Virus record (IMG/VR): IMGVR_UViG_3300018427_000754
DNA: 64,000 nt
Direction: 5' to 3' (one strand)
DNA from: an uncultured virus (IMG/VR IMGVR_UViG_3300018427_000754)
Taxonomy: Duplodnaviria; Heunggongvirae; Uroviricota; Caudoviricetes
The position numbers and the translations under genes are program-made. Positions 47,187-57,100 of this stretch are shown here, in pieces (position 1 is the first letter of the stretch; each line of letters begins with the position of its first letter). Below the pieces are notes generated by a model. That model was given only the letters and a program-made list of their open reading frames with translations, was not told where the DNA came from and did no database searches.

Positions 47187-47748
47187 CTTTGCCCTCCTCT
47201 TTCGGTTCGATTCCATCAAGAAATCGAAGGATGCCATTAACATATTTCAGTTCATAAGGTGCCAGTTCCTTCTCGTTCATGAATTTGTGGCCGTATATCT
47301 TTTTCATATCTCGAAAAACTACCCATGGCACGCGGTAAAATTTCTGGAAACCAAGTGACACAACGATGAAACACATGGCTCCCATCTTCATATATCTTTC
47401 AAAGCACGTTTCCTGTTCCTCTGTCACAACATTACGTCCTATCTGATGGCTGTCTGTATGCTTTGCATCGAACAGAATCATCGTTGAATCATTAAGTATG
47501 CCTTTAAAATCCGGCTGGGCCTGCTTTGCGAAACAGCATATGAACTGCCCTTTGCTCCTGTTATATACTTTCAGGACCTTCATAGGCTCCGGAGTCTTAT
47601 CTATCGCAGAAATCCCAAGTCCTTCGTAAAAATCAGCCGCTGCCATAATCATCTGTTCAAAATGTTCTCCACTTGCTCTGGACCTTTTACCTTGTAATGA
47701 CCTTGCATAGCTCTGCATCTGTTCCTCAACACTGTTCCATGTATCCAT
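47167..47748 (-). CDS. recU: Holliday junction resolvase RecU-like
   Basis: GEHFE, KTPEP, PDFKG, FDAKHT. Confidence 0.85.
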   Translation of the reverse strand: MDTWNSVEEQMQSYARSLQGKRSRASGEHFEQMIMAAADFYEGLGISAIDKTPEPMKVLKVYNRSKGQFICCFAKQAQPDFKGILNDSTMILFDAKHTDSHQIGRNVVTEEQETCFERYMKMGAMCFIVVSLGFQKFYRVPWVVFRDMKKIYGHKFMNEKELAPYELKYVNGILRFLDGIEPKEEGKDEINQI

Positions 47749-48016
47749 TATCCATTGCCACCTTTAGTAATTTATTGATTGTCACTGCTCCGATTCCAGG
47801 AATCTTGCTTATCTGCAGAGCCGCTATGAACTCGCCCACACTCTTTTTAACCGGTGCTGACTTCTTGCCATGCTCCATGCCTCTTTCAAATGCTTTCTGC
47901 GATTCTTCATCCAGATATCGGCATAGCTGTTCATCTGTCATTTTCCGTATTCTTACGGCTCTGTCATGAAGCATCTCTTCTTCTGCAGTCCGTCTACAGC
48001 TTCTTCTTTTCGCCAT
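47726..48016 (-). CDS. Phage hypothetical protein with HhH-like C-terminus
   Basis: AVRIRKMTDEQL...IPGIGAVT. Confidence 0.6.
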   Translation of the reverse strand: MAKRRSCRRTAEEEMLHDRAVRIRKMTDEQLCRYLDEESQKAFERGMEHGKKSAPVKKSVGEFIAALQISKIPGIGAVTINKLLKVAMDNGYMEQC

Positions 48017-48257
48017 CCGTCTCTTCCTCTGTTCCCATCAGATAACCAACACTACAATCCAGAACCATTGCAATGTAATTAAGGATTCTGCCTCTTGGCA
48101 TCCTCTGCCCTGTAACGATTCTTTCTGCAGAATATTCAGTAATTCCAACTCTTCTTGCAAATTCTTTCATGGATAATCCACTTTCATTGAATTTTTTCTT
48201 TACTCTCTCGAAGAAAACTTCTGTTTCATCCGAACTATATTGACTTCTCTCTGCCAT
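47994..48257 (-). CDS. XRE-family HTH protein
   Basis: LSMKEFARRVGI...IAMVLDCSVGYLMG. Confidence 0.75.
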   Translation of the reverse strand: MAERSQYSSDETEVFFERVKKKFNESGLSMKEFARRVGITEYSAERIVTGQRMPRGRILNYIAMVLDCSVGYLMGTEEETDGEKKKL

Positions 48258-48482
48258 TTAATCCTCCTCACTTACACAGCTGTCGAATCCATACTCACGA
48301 AACAGATTCGGTCTCAGCATACGAAACAACGTTATCGGTTCAAGTTTTCCATGTTTCTTCTCCAGACTTTTGGCATGCTGATGAATAGCCTTTGTCCAAT
48401 GTCTCATTCGCGGTACCGGATTACCATGCATCTTCTCCCAGTTATGGGATGGCAATTTGATTTCATCTAACAATTCATTCAT
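48258..48482 (-). CDS. Hypothetical protein
   Basis: SHNWEKMHG; SD AGGAGG. Confidence 0.5.
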   Translation of the reverse strand: MNELLDEIKLPSHNWEKMHGNPVPRMRHWTKAIHQHAKSLEKKHGKLEPITLFRMLRPNLFREYGFDSCVSEED

Positions 48483-48753
48483 TTGAATCCTCCTTGTCCT
48501 CCGGCAGATGAAATACTGTCGGTGCTGAATATAAGGCCGCTGGTCTTCCGTTCGGTCCTGTGACCACCGTGTGCCTTTTGAACCGTTCCTCAATCCGATC
48601 CATTATTTCCACTGCTTTTTCTTCTAACGAATATCGGCCGTAATTCTGACCTGTTACGGAATGGCGGATTTCAAAGATATTATCAGTAATCTTTACAATG
48701 TTAAATTCAATCTGCTGGGTGATTTTTCTTCTATCCTGACTTCTGACTAACAT
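48475..48753 (-). CDS. Hypothetical protein
   Basis: MLVRSQDR...GRYSLEEKA...FHLP. Confidence 0.6.
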   Translation of the reverse strand: MLVRSQDRRKITQQIEFNIVKITDNIFEIRHSVTGQNYGRYSLEEKAVEIMDRIEERFKRHTVVTGPNGRPAALYSAPTVFHLPEDKEDSNE

Positions 48754-48762
48754 GACACCCTC

Positions 48763-49758
48763 CTATTCCCTCAGATCTTCCAAATCCGGAATCTCTACAT
48801 CATGTTCCCGACAGAAATGTCGGAAACAATCTTTGCATATGTATCCAAAGCTTTTATTTTTACCATGTCGTTTAATTCGGATTGTAATATTGACCATTTC
48901 TGCATTCTTCTTTCGTTCTTTACAGGCCAGGCACTCACTCGTGGTTCTTCGCAGGACCTTGTCGCTTTCTTCCTTGGCTTCCAGTCTTTCCGGGAACTGG
49001 CGAATCATGTTCTCTTCGCCAACGATGTCCACAAGGCTGTCCTTCATGAATACCGGTATCTTTCTAAGCTGGCATTCTTTTACGATTTCATCGACCCATT
49101 CTTTTTTCGGAACAATCCTTTCTTTCCTTCTGCCTGTTTCCGCTCCGATAATGACCCAGTCTATATAATTCAGTGATGTTAGGTGTGCTGTTCCAAAAGG
49201 CTCATGCAATGGCTCAATGCTTAAGAAATTTTTGTGACGGCTGCTCTCAAAGTACTTTCCGTCTGGATTTGTAAGCGTACTTCCATACCAGAAATTATCC
49301 TCTTCCGGAAGAATTCCTTTTTTGTAGAGTTCAATATACCGTTTCGGATTTTTGGTAAGGAAAAGGTATATATGCTTCGGATATTTCTTGCATTCCTCGA
49401 AGATAAGCTGGATCCATTCATCCGGCACCCATTCCCCGAACATATCAGACATGGCACAAACAAAAATCTTATGTGTACTTTTCAGTTCTCTCAGTTTTCT
49501 CACACGGTATTTATGTAATGTCGGTTCGAATCCGAACGGTGCAATGATTTTCTGCCCTGTCTCCGGATGTACAAAAACATCGTCCAGGATATATAAATCT
49601 CCATCCATTCGATACTGATCTGTCAGCGACTTGTTATACCGGACATCTCCTCCAAATCTTTTGCACATCTTCTCAGCATAGCAGTATGGACATCCATGTC
49701 TGCATCCTGTTATAAAATTCAATGTGTGGTCACACCACTCTATCTTTGAACGTGTCAT
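48763..49758 (-). CDS. DUF5131 (Gp37/Gp68, radical-SAM-like) protein
   Basis: KIEWCD...GCRHGCPYCYA, FVCAMSDMF, LTKNP, SIEPL, DWVIIGAETG. Confidence 0.88.
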   Translation of the reverse strand: MTRSKIEWCDHTLNFITGCRHGCPYCYAEKMCKRFGGDVRYNKSLTDQYRMDGDLYILDDVFVHPETGQKIIAPFGFEPTLHKYRVRKLRELKSTHKIFVCAMSDMFGEWVPDEWIQLIFEECKKYPKHIYLFLTKNPKRYIELYKKGILPEEDNFWYGSTLTNPDGKYFESSRHKNFLSIEPLHEPFGTAHLTSLNYIDWVIIGAETGRRKERIVPKKEWVDEIVKECQLRKIPVFMKDSLVDIVGEENMIRQFPERLEAKEESDKVLRRTTSECLACKERKKNAEMVNITIRIKRHGKNKSFGYICKDCFRHFCREHDVEIPDLEDLRE

Positions 49759-49949
49759 GCCTGTTCCTCCCAATATTCCACTGTGTTTTCATATGTCGGT
49801 TTGCTGCTATTCTCTTTTCCCGGTGTAATCTGCCTTCCGAGTTTCACACAATACCCTGCCTTGACCAGCAGATTTGCCATGGTCAGCCTGTCTTCTTCGT
49901 TCCACTGATTAGAGCCCTTCCTGATGCTCCGAATAATATTCCTTGCCAT
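49755..49949 (-). CDS. Hypothetical protein
   Basis: EDRLTMANLLVKAGYCV. Confidence 0.6.
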   Translation of the reverse strand: MARNIIRSIRKGSNQWNEEDRLTMANLLVKAGYCVKLGRQITPGKENSSKPTYENTVEYWEEQA

Positions 49950-52108
49950 TAACAGCACCTCCTTACTTCCTCGGCAACTTCCATCAGATCTGCTTCAAGG
50001 ACATCTGCAAGGAGCTGGCCTTTCAAATGGCCATTCCAGATTTTTTTCTTTTCTTTACGCATTTCCTTGAATTCCTCCACTCTGAGAATCGCACTTGTAT
50101 CAGCCAGTTTCCTGTCTTCCTCCGTCAGTCTTATCTGAATCTCTTTCTGCCATTTACGGATAAAGCCCTTTGCTTCTTCAAAATCTTTATTCTGCTTATC
50201 ACCGGTCGTTCTTTTCTGTCTGGCAGTTCCTCCCGGTTCAATTTCCAGAGTATAATATGATTTATCGACTTCTCCGGTTTTCCGTAAGAATACAATGAAC
50301 GACTCTTTTCTCTGGATCCGGTCAAAATAAATGTCTGTCCTGTCGATACAGTGTCCAAGGGAACGCCCTTCAAGAATGATATCTTCTATCCTTTCCGGAA
50401 CGATGATAGAGTACTTCTTGTCCTCGTATTCATATTTGCTCTTAATAGACTGAAGAACTTCATCAACTCCGGGATACTTCCCGGCAATCTCTCCTGCACG
50501 TTTTGCTACTTCTATTCCATCAGACTGTTTTACTGCCTCATCGTGGGCCTTCCTCAAGTCTTTCGGTTTATAGAACAGTTCTTCCGCTGTATTCATTTTC
50601 ATCCTGTTCGCCATGCAGAGATAATCCTTCCAAGTCTGGATAACATCCCCGGCATTGAAGAAACGTCCTACTGTCATCTGTTTTCTGATGTAGTTGCATA
50701 TCTTCTTTTCCGTCATCCGATCCATGATGAATTCAATGTCTGTTTGACGGATGCCATTTTCTTCAAAAAACTGCAGCACATCATCATCAATACATTTATT
50801 AGTCGCTTTTTCATACTTCAGCCATTCGAGATACAGTCTTCCTCCGTCTTTATTTCTGAGCCTTTTCAGCCTGCTCTTGTCAATCTCAAGGGCTTTTCCA
50901 AGTTCTTTGACATCCTTTATGTTGAGCTGTAAGCTGTTATCAATCAGTTCCAGTGACAATCTATAGAGACCGGACTTTGCAAGCTGTTCCAGATATTTTT
51001 TTCTCTTCAGACATTCCAGATACATTTCCGGGTCGAACTTCTTTCCGCTCCTTATAATGTCCGGCAGCCCGGTTCTGGCCAAAATCCCTTTTTCCAGTAA
51101 TGGAATAGTCCTCTTATATACATTGCCTTTGTGATGATGGTAATATGACTCCCATGTTGGTTCTCCTTCTCCAATCCATCTATGCTCGATATTTTTATAA
51201 AGACCGTATTCAAATGCTGTGCCGTATAATCTCTCGTTATAAATGACTCTTCTCCGCTCGAACACATGGGCTCTTTCCTCCTCATATTTTCCTTTACGGT
51301 AATGCCGCCTTGCCCGGAATTCCCTAAGAACAAAGCCGTCCTCACATTTCTGCAGAAGGTATACATACTCATCAGTCGTATAAAAGCTTCCTGCCTTTCC
51401 TCTGGATTTATACTGGATTGCTTTCTTGCATCTTGTACATACGCCTGCTCCATTATGCTTAGGCTTCACGACGGGAACTGTCTTCCTGCAGCTCGTGCAA
51501 TATCCTTCTTTGACGCCCTTACGGTCATATTCGTAGAAAATAAAGTGCTGTATCATTCCGTTCCTGTCTGCCCAGTCTTTAAAATCTTTTGGAATTTCCG
51601 GAACCTGATCCATCATCAGATCCCATGGTTCCGTTTCCCGTTTATGCTTCTTTTTCAGTTGGTCAGCTCTCACATTGTTCTGATACTCAAGAATGCCTGC
51701 ATACCCTCCATTTTTTGTTCCAAGGTATGCCTTGATTGCCCTGTATCCTTCTGGATTGATATATCTTCCGGAATACCAGGTGTATGTCGGCCATTCCAGA
51801 TTGTCGACTTTTGCAGTTCTCCATTTCTGTGAATCACAGTCAAGCGTAAGGAATTCTCCGCTCTCTGGATTGATGAACAGTTCATATCGCGGGGTTGTGT
51901 CTCCAAGCCGCATCCTGTCCACCAGATAAAATGCGACCTTTAATATACCGCTTAGATGCTGGCATCTCATGTGTATTCCATATTTGTAATAATCCGTTGT
52001 TGACTTCCAGCCGACATCTTTTTTCTTCGGAACATCCATTCCCGCTTTTTTCATCATGGCATCCGTCGCATAGAGTTTTCGCAGCTTACGTAAATTCTCA
52101 GTCTTCAT
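49949..52108 (-). CDS. PcfJ-like domain protein
   Basis: WKDYL...PKDLRKAHD...EGRSLGHCI...FLRK...YYTLEI. Confidence 0.85.
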   Translation of the reverse strand: MKTENLRKLRKLYATDAMMKKAGMDVPKKKDVGWKSTTDYYKYGIHMRCQHLSGILKVAFYLVDRMRLGDTTPRYELFINPESGEFLTLDCDSQKWRTAKVDNLEWPTYTWYSGRYINPEGYRAIKAYLGTKNGGYAGILEYQNNVRADQLKKKHKRETEPWDLMMDQVPEIPKDFKDWADRNGMIQHFIFYEYDRKGVKEGYCTSCRKTVPVVKPKHNGAGVCTRCKKAIQYKSRGKAGSFYTTDEYVYLLQKCEDGFVLREFRARRHYRKGKYEEERAHVFERRRVIYNERLYGTAFEYGLYKNIEHRWIGEGEPTWESYYHHHKGNVYKRTIPLLEKGILARTGLPDIIRSGKKFDPEMYLECLKRKKYLEQLAKSGLYRLSLELIDNSLQLNIKDVKELGKALEIDKSRLKRLRNKDGGRLYLEWLKYEKATNKCIDDDVLQFFEENGIRQTDIEFIMDRMTEKKICNYIRKQMTVGRFFNAGDVIQTWKDYLCMANRMKMNTAEELFYKPKDLRKAHDEAVKQSDGIEVAKRAGEIAGKYPGVDEVLQSIKSKYEYEDKKYSIIVPERIEDIILEGRSLGHCIDRTDIYFDRIQRKESFIVFLRKTGEVDKSYYTLEIEPGGTARQKRTTGDKQNKDFEEAKGFIRKWQKEIQIRLTEEDRKLADTSAILRVEEFKEMRKEKKKIWNGHLKGQLLADVLEADLMEVAEEVRRCC

Positions 52109-52667
52109 CAGCTTTCACCTCCATGCACTCCACGTCATACCAAACATCGGGCAGGAACTCTTTTCCATCAATTTCTATGATTCCAAGTTCAACAATCTCA
52201 CAGCTGTTGGGGTTCTCTTTTGCAAGCCCCAATACTGAACCAATTTTTCCTCTCGCTCTCGGAGCTTTCCCTCTGACCACTACAAAATCTTTAATCTCTG
52301 CAACGCCCTGCTCCGTCTTTACATGCCTGCTCATTTTTCGAAAAGGATGTTTGTCCATGTAATTCAGTGCATGTATCACGAACTCAGCCAGTTCCAGTTT
52401 CTTTACCAGTTTCATTCTGGTACAAGATATCTTCGTATCGGATGCATCCTCATGAACATCGCCATCTGCAAGGACTATGTAATATACCGACTTGTCCCAA
52501 TCTCCGTAATAATTCAAGCAGTCCAGCGGATCCTCAGCACAATGAAAGCCATTCTTTACACAATTCGCTTCCGGCTCTTCGAACCACTTGCCTTCTTCAT
52601 ACTGGAACCGTCCTTTTCCCATCGTACAGGTAAGGTCTTTGTTGAATCCTTTATATGCCATTAACAC
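52098..52667 (-). CDS. Phage conserved protein (AYKGF...GFH.C.PL type)
   Basis: AYKGFNKDLTC...FQYEEG...GFHCAEDPLDCLNYY. Confidence 0.7.
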   Translation of the reverse strand: MLMAYKGFNKDLTCTMGKGRFQYEEGKWFEEPEANCVKNGFHCAEDPLDCLNYYGDWDKSVYYIVLADGDVHEDASDTKISCTRMKLVKKLELAEFVIHALNYMDKHPFRKMSRHVKTEQGVAEIKDFVVVRGKAPRARGKIGSVLGLAKENPNSCEIVELGIIEIDGKEFLPDVWYDVECMEVKADED

Positions 52668-52680
52668 AATTCACCCCTCC

Positions 52681-53241
52681 TTACCCTAAAAAATCAAACA
52701 GGCTCATCTGTCCGCTGTCTTCTTTCGGTTTGGACTTTTTCACGGATTTCTGTTCACCTGTTTTATTTGCCTTTACACTTGGCTTCTTGACCTGACCACT
52801 TGTATCAGAATCCGGTTTCTGTTCTGGTTTCTTTTTCTGCTCTTCAGCTTTTTTCTTTTTGGCAGCTTTTTCTTCTTCAGCCTTATCATCCCGTCTGTAA
52901 TATTCCTCGATCCATTTGAACATCGTCTCCTGAGGGATAGGGACAGCAATCGGTTCTCCATCTCGTGCTCTTCTCTTCTGTTCATCCGTAGGATTACTTG
53001 TTAACATTGCTTTTTCGCTGCAATATTTCATGCATTTTCCCCATGTTTTATGTTCTTGAAGAACCATTGCATCTAATTGCTCATCTGCCTTACATCTTTC
53101 AATGATTGAAGAAAAAATCATATCATACTGCGCTTCCATGACTTCTTTGTATTTCCCACTAACGGTATTGATGCACTGTTTTTTCTCCTGTTCCAGTTTT
53201 TCAATCCCAGTATTGAATTTTATATTTCCTGCATCTGCCAT
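52681..53241 (-). CDS. PcfK-like protein
   Basis: KTWGKCMKYC...FKWIEEYY...QMSLF; upstream of PcfJ. Confidence 0.65.
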   Translation of the reverse strand: MADAGNIKFNTGIEKLEQEKKQCINTVSGKYKEVMEAQYDMIFSSIIERCKADEQLDAMVLQEHKTWGKCMKYCSEKAMLTSNPTDEQKRRARDGEPIAVPIPQETMFKWIEEYYRRDDKAEEEKAAKKKKAEEQKKKPEQKPDSDTSGQVKKPSVKANKTGEQKSVKKSKPKEDSGQMSLFDFLG

Positions 53242-53242
53242 T

Positions 53243-54109
53243 TTACTTTCCTCCGTTCACTTTCTGGATGAACTGGGATTCAAGGCTTTGGTAGTCATAC
53301 TCTCTCTGAGGAAAATTGTGAAATTGATTTGTCCGGGCTTTCGATTCGTTCCTTACGTTTCCTCCTCTGTCCTGTTCTTTGGACAGCCAGGAATTGATAA
53401 ACCGTCGAATTCCCCTCTTTGTTTTTCTTCTCTCCGGATTCGTACTCAACCATCCTCTCATACCCCTCATCGCTTGCAGTACGTCCACTGCTGGATACAG
53501 TTCAGCGAATTCATCAATGTCGCGCTGGAATATCGGATATTCCTCCCCTGTATTCAGAGGGAGCGTTATGATAGGCTCTGGTTCCGGTCCGGAGTTTTGT
53601 AGCTCCGGACAAGAAGTGTTATATATATCTCTTTTATCTTTCTCTATCTCTTTCTCTATGTCTGTGTTACATGCTGTTACAAGAGCGTTACACTCCGTTA
53701 CATCTGCGTTACATTGTAACAATTTCTGATTTTCTTCTTTCTTATTTATGATGTCCCTGTGTTTACGAACTCTGGCGGCTGATTCTGACTCGCTTCCTAC
53801 TGCATCCTTTACTTCGGAAAGAAGATATTCGTCCTCTTCTACCATCTCAATCATTTTGTGTTTATGTAAGAAGTTCAATGTTACACGAACGTTCTCTATA
53901 TCTTCTTCCAGATCGGAAGCCAATTCTTCTGCAAAATCGTCTTCAATGCCTTCATAATAGAGCTTGCCTTCGTTCTTTAATGACAACAGCTGCATTTTGA
54001 GATAGATGATAGTATATGTGTCACCTCCGGCTATTCGCCGTAGTTTCTTTATCAGTTTTGAACCGAACCAGTCGGCCTTTAATTTCAACCAGTAATATCT
54101 TTTCGCCAT
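53243..54109 (-). CDS. Replisome organiser / replication initiator (Phage_rep_org_N-like)
   Basis: RYYWLKLK.DWF...KKLRRIAGGDTYTIIYLKM; GSESESAARVRKHR; NQFHNFPQREYD. Confidence 0.88.
   Translation of the reverse strand: MAKRYYWLKLKADWFGSKLIKKLRRIAGGDTYTIIYLKMQLLSLKNEGKLYYEGIEDDFAEELASDLEEDIENVRVTLNFLHKHKMIEMVEEDEYLLSEVKDAVGSESESAARVRKHRDIINKKEENQKLLQCNADVTECNALVTACNTDIEKEIEKDKRDIYNTSCPELQNSGPEPEPIITLPLNTGEEYPIFQRDIDEFAELYPAVDVLQAMRGMRGWLSTNPERRKTKRGIRRFINSWLSKEQDRGGNVRNESKARTNQFHNFPQREYDYQSLESQFIQKVNGGK
53620..53720. repeat. Iterons / probable phage origin inside the initiator gene
   Basis: GTTAC at 53666, 53676, 53687, 53697, 53708 (10-11 bp period), inverted TGTAAC at 53715, adjacent pyrimidine tract. 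Confidence 0.7.
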
Positions 54110-54112
54110 ATC

Positions 54113-57100
54113 CTACCCCCACTGCACATGGCTGCCTTCCTCGTCTTTTACAATGGTAACCGCCTGTGGGAATCGTGACTTGAATTCTGGGTCATGAGTG
54201 ATTGCCATGACGATAGTATCTGGATATCTCTCCCGGATGGTCTCCAGGGCATCACAATATGCATTTGTTCCATCTGCATCGAGGAAAGGAGCTTCATCAA
54301 TGAAGAGCATTCCTAACTGGATTCCCGCATAAGAGGCTTTTACTTCTGCCAGTGCCAAGATAACTGCCAGGGAAGCCTTTACTTTCTCTCCGCCGGATTT
54401 GGACACATAAGGCATAACGTTCTTGCCATATTCATGAATAAGGACATCCAGCGCCGGCTTTTCCCCGCCGCCTTTCTTTGACGCCTCTTTTTCAAGAGAA
54501 AATTCAATTCCCATCGTTCCACCCGTCATGGATCCAAGAATAGAGTTTGCCACACCCGTGATATGCGGTATGAAGTTACGGATGATCTGATGAGGAACAC
54601 CGTCTTGTGAGAATGCCTGTTTTAAAGTCTCATAATAGCTCTGTAGCTTACTGTTCTCTTTTACCTGTGCACGAAGTACTTTTACATCTGCTTCCAGTGC
54701 CTTTACATCTTCCGCTCTCTGAATGATACCGCCTTTCTTTACCTGCATATCCATGAGCTCTCCCTGTAAAGCATCGATTCGTGTACGAAGAACTTCCGGT
54801 TTCTCATTCACAGTGAATGTAAAGGTATCCGATAATGCTTTTACTGCGAACATGGATTTCTGACACTCTTCACACTGTTCATCCAGTTCTTTCCACTCTT
54901 TTTCATAAGACAGGATGCTCTCTTCAATAAACTGCATCTTGGTACGAAAGACCGGAATCTGTTTCTCCTTTTCCACATATGGTGCAAGTTCCGCACAGCG
55001 GTTTCTCACATTCTCGTATTCACCCTGTATACCAGAAAGCCCATCAACGGTTTCCGTTGCTCTCTGGATGTCCAGAATGAGCGTAGAGAGCGTCTGCTCG
55101 TATTCCCTTAGGAATTTATGACTGGATTCTTTCTCTGCCTCTAAACGGGCAATCTGAAGCTTGTTCTCGTCATTCTGTTTTTTCATTAATTCATATTTCT
55201 CTAAAGCATAGATTTCAGAAATAAGACGTTCTTCCTCGTGTGGGTCATATCCGATCTGCTCAATCTCAACACTAAGGCTGGCATCCAGCTGTTCATACCG
55301 AGCTTTGCACTGTGCTGCATTTGATTTGGCCATCTCGTAAAGTTCTCTATGACTCTCTGTCGTAAGCACCATCTCTTTTGCTTTTTTCAAGAACTCGCAT
55401 CTAGCGTTCCCAACATCGATGCAGCCGGACTGGTTCAAGAATCTCTGCTGTTCTTCACAGGCATATACCCGGAGCTTTTCCTGGTCCTCTTTATTTGTCC
55501 AATGCTGATATTCCTCCAGGATTTCTCTTCGTTTATCGCTGGTCTTTTCTCGGTGCTCAAAATAAAGCTCTTTCTTCCTTCTCTGTTCGCCCAAAAGAGC
55601 GCGAAGCGAAAGAAGCATTCCGTATCTTTCCTCAAGGTCTGCCGGATAAAGATTCTGATAATATGCTATCTTTTCGTCGATTTCCGAAATTTTTTCTTTT
55701 AGCAGAGTGATTTCCTGTTCTGTCTTTGCTGTTTTCGTTCTGAAAGCTTCTAACTGCTTCAGGGCTTCTTCATATTGTGCCTGTTTTTTGGACAGCTCTG
55801 GAAGCATTTCGGTAAGTCTGGTGTGTTCTGCAACTGCAGAAACAATCACCGCTTCTTCTTCTAAGAACTTTTTATAAATTCCTATCTCAAGTTCTGCTTC
55901 CTGTTTCTTATTTGCAATCTCGTTCTTCTTTCGGCAGAGGTCGCCACGCTTTTCCGTCAGCTCCCAATATTCAGACTTTAATTTTTCATATGCCGCATGT
56001 TCCGTCCTAGCCGTTGCTTCCTGCTCAATGCATACCATTATGTCTTTTTCGGTCTTCTCGATACGGTTTTCCAGTTCGTCCAGTTCCTGTTCCGGGTCTC
56101 CCTTACTCTTGATCTGATTGCTCTTTACTTCAATCTTTGTATTACCTGAGGCAACTTCCCTTTTGAAAGCTGTGAACTTTGCTTCTGCTTCTTTTTTCAT
56201 CTCTTCATAAAGCTTCAGCCCCAGAAGATTTCCAAGAATGGCCATGCGGTCTGTTTTATTTGCCTGCAAGAATAATCCATACTGGTCCTGCATGATAAGG
56301 GCACAGCTCTTAAATGTCATGCTGTCCATGCCGACGATTTTTTTGATTTCCTCTTCCGTCTGGTCCATGGTTTCTTTTGATACGTTTATCCAGTCGGTTC
56401 CATTCTCCGCGAGCTGGGAAATATTCAGCTTTGGAGCGCCGTATTTCGCCCTGCTTCTAAGGATACGGAACCGTTTTTCTCCAATATCGAAGATGAATTC
56501 TATATCACCGGACTTGGCATCGTCGGAGGCTCGGATCCAGCCGACCTTTTTCCCTTCTCTTGGTTCTTCGAACAGGCAGTCAATAATGGCATCCATAAAG
56601 AGACTGCTCTTCCCTGCTCCATTCGTTCCATTGATGGTGCAGAATGTAACATCTGAGAAATCAAAAGAAGCTTCTTTGTAGTTTCGGTAATTCTTTACAC
56701 GAATGGATACCGGCCGGAACACTCCGTTGTAAAGAGCCTCACCGTTCTGGCTCAGCGCCTTGGAGATAATAGGTTCTGCCAGTTCTGTGATAGCATCCGC
56801 ATCCTTGATGCATTTTTCGTCTAAATACTTTTTCAGATTGGCCAAAGGGTCGCTCTCTTCTGACAGCAGTCCTTTATTTACTACATCGAACACTGTCTCT
56901 TCCAGAACATCCGTGACCATGAATGCTCCCATGTCTGTCAGAGACTTTCTGAGAAGATGCGTATTCAATGCCTTTTTCTGTTTCTCTGTACAGTCATATT
57001 TGACACGTACGATTTTCCCGTCTATTAATTCTGGATAATTATTTGCCTGAAGGAACAGTTCTCCAGTCTGCAGATATTCCTCAACATCTTCCGTGCTCCA

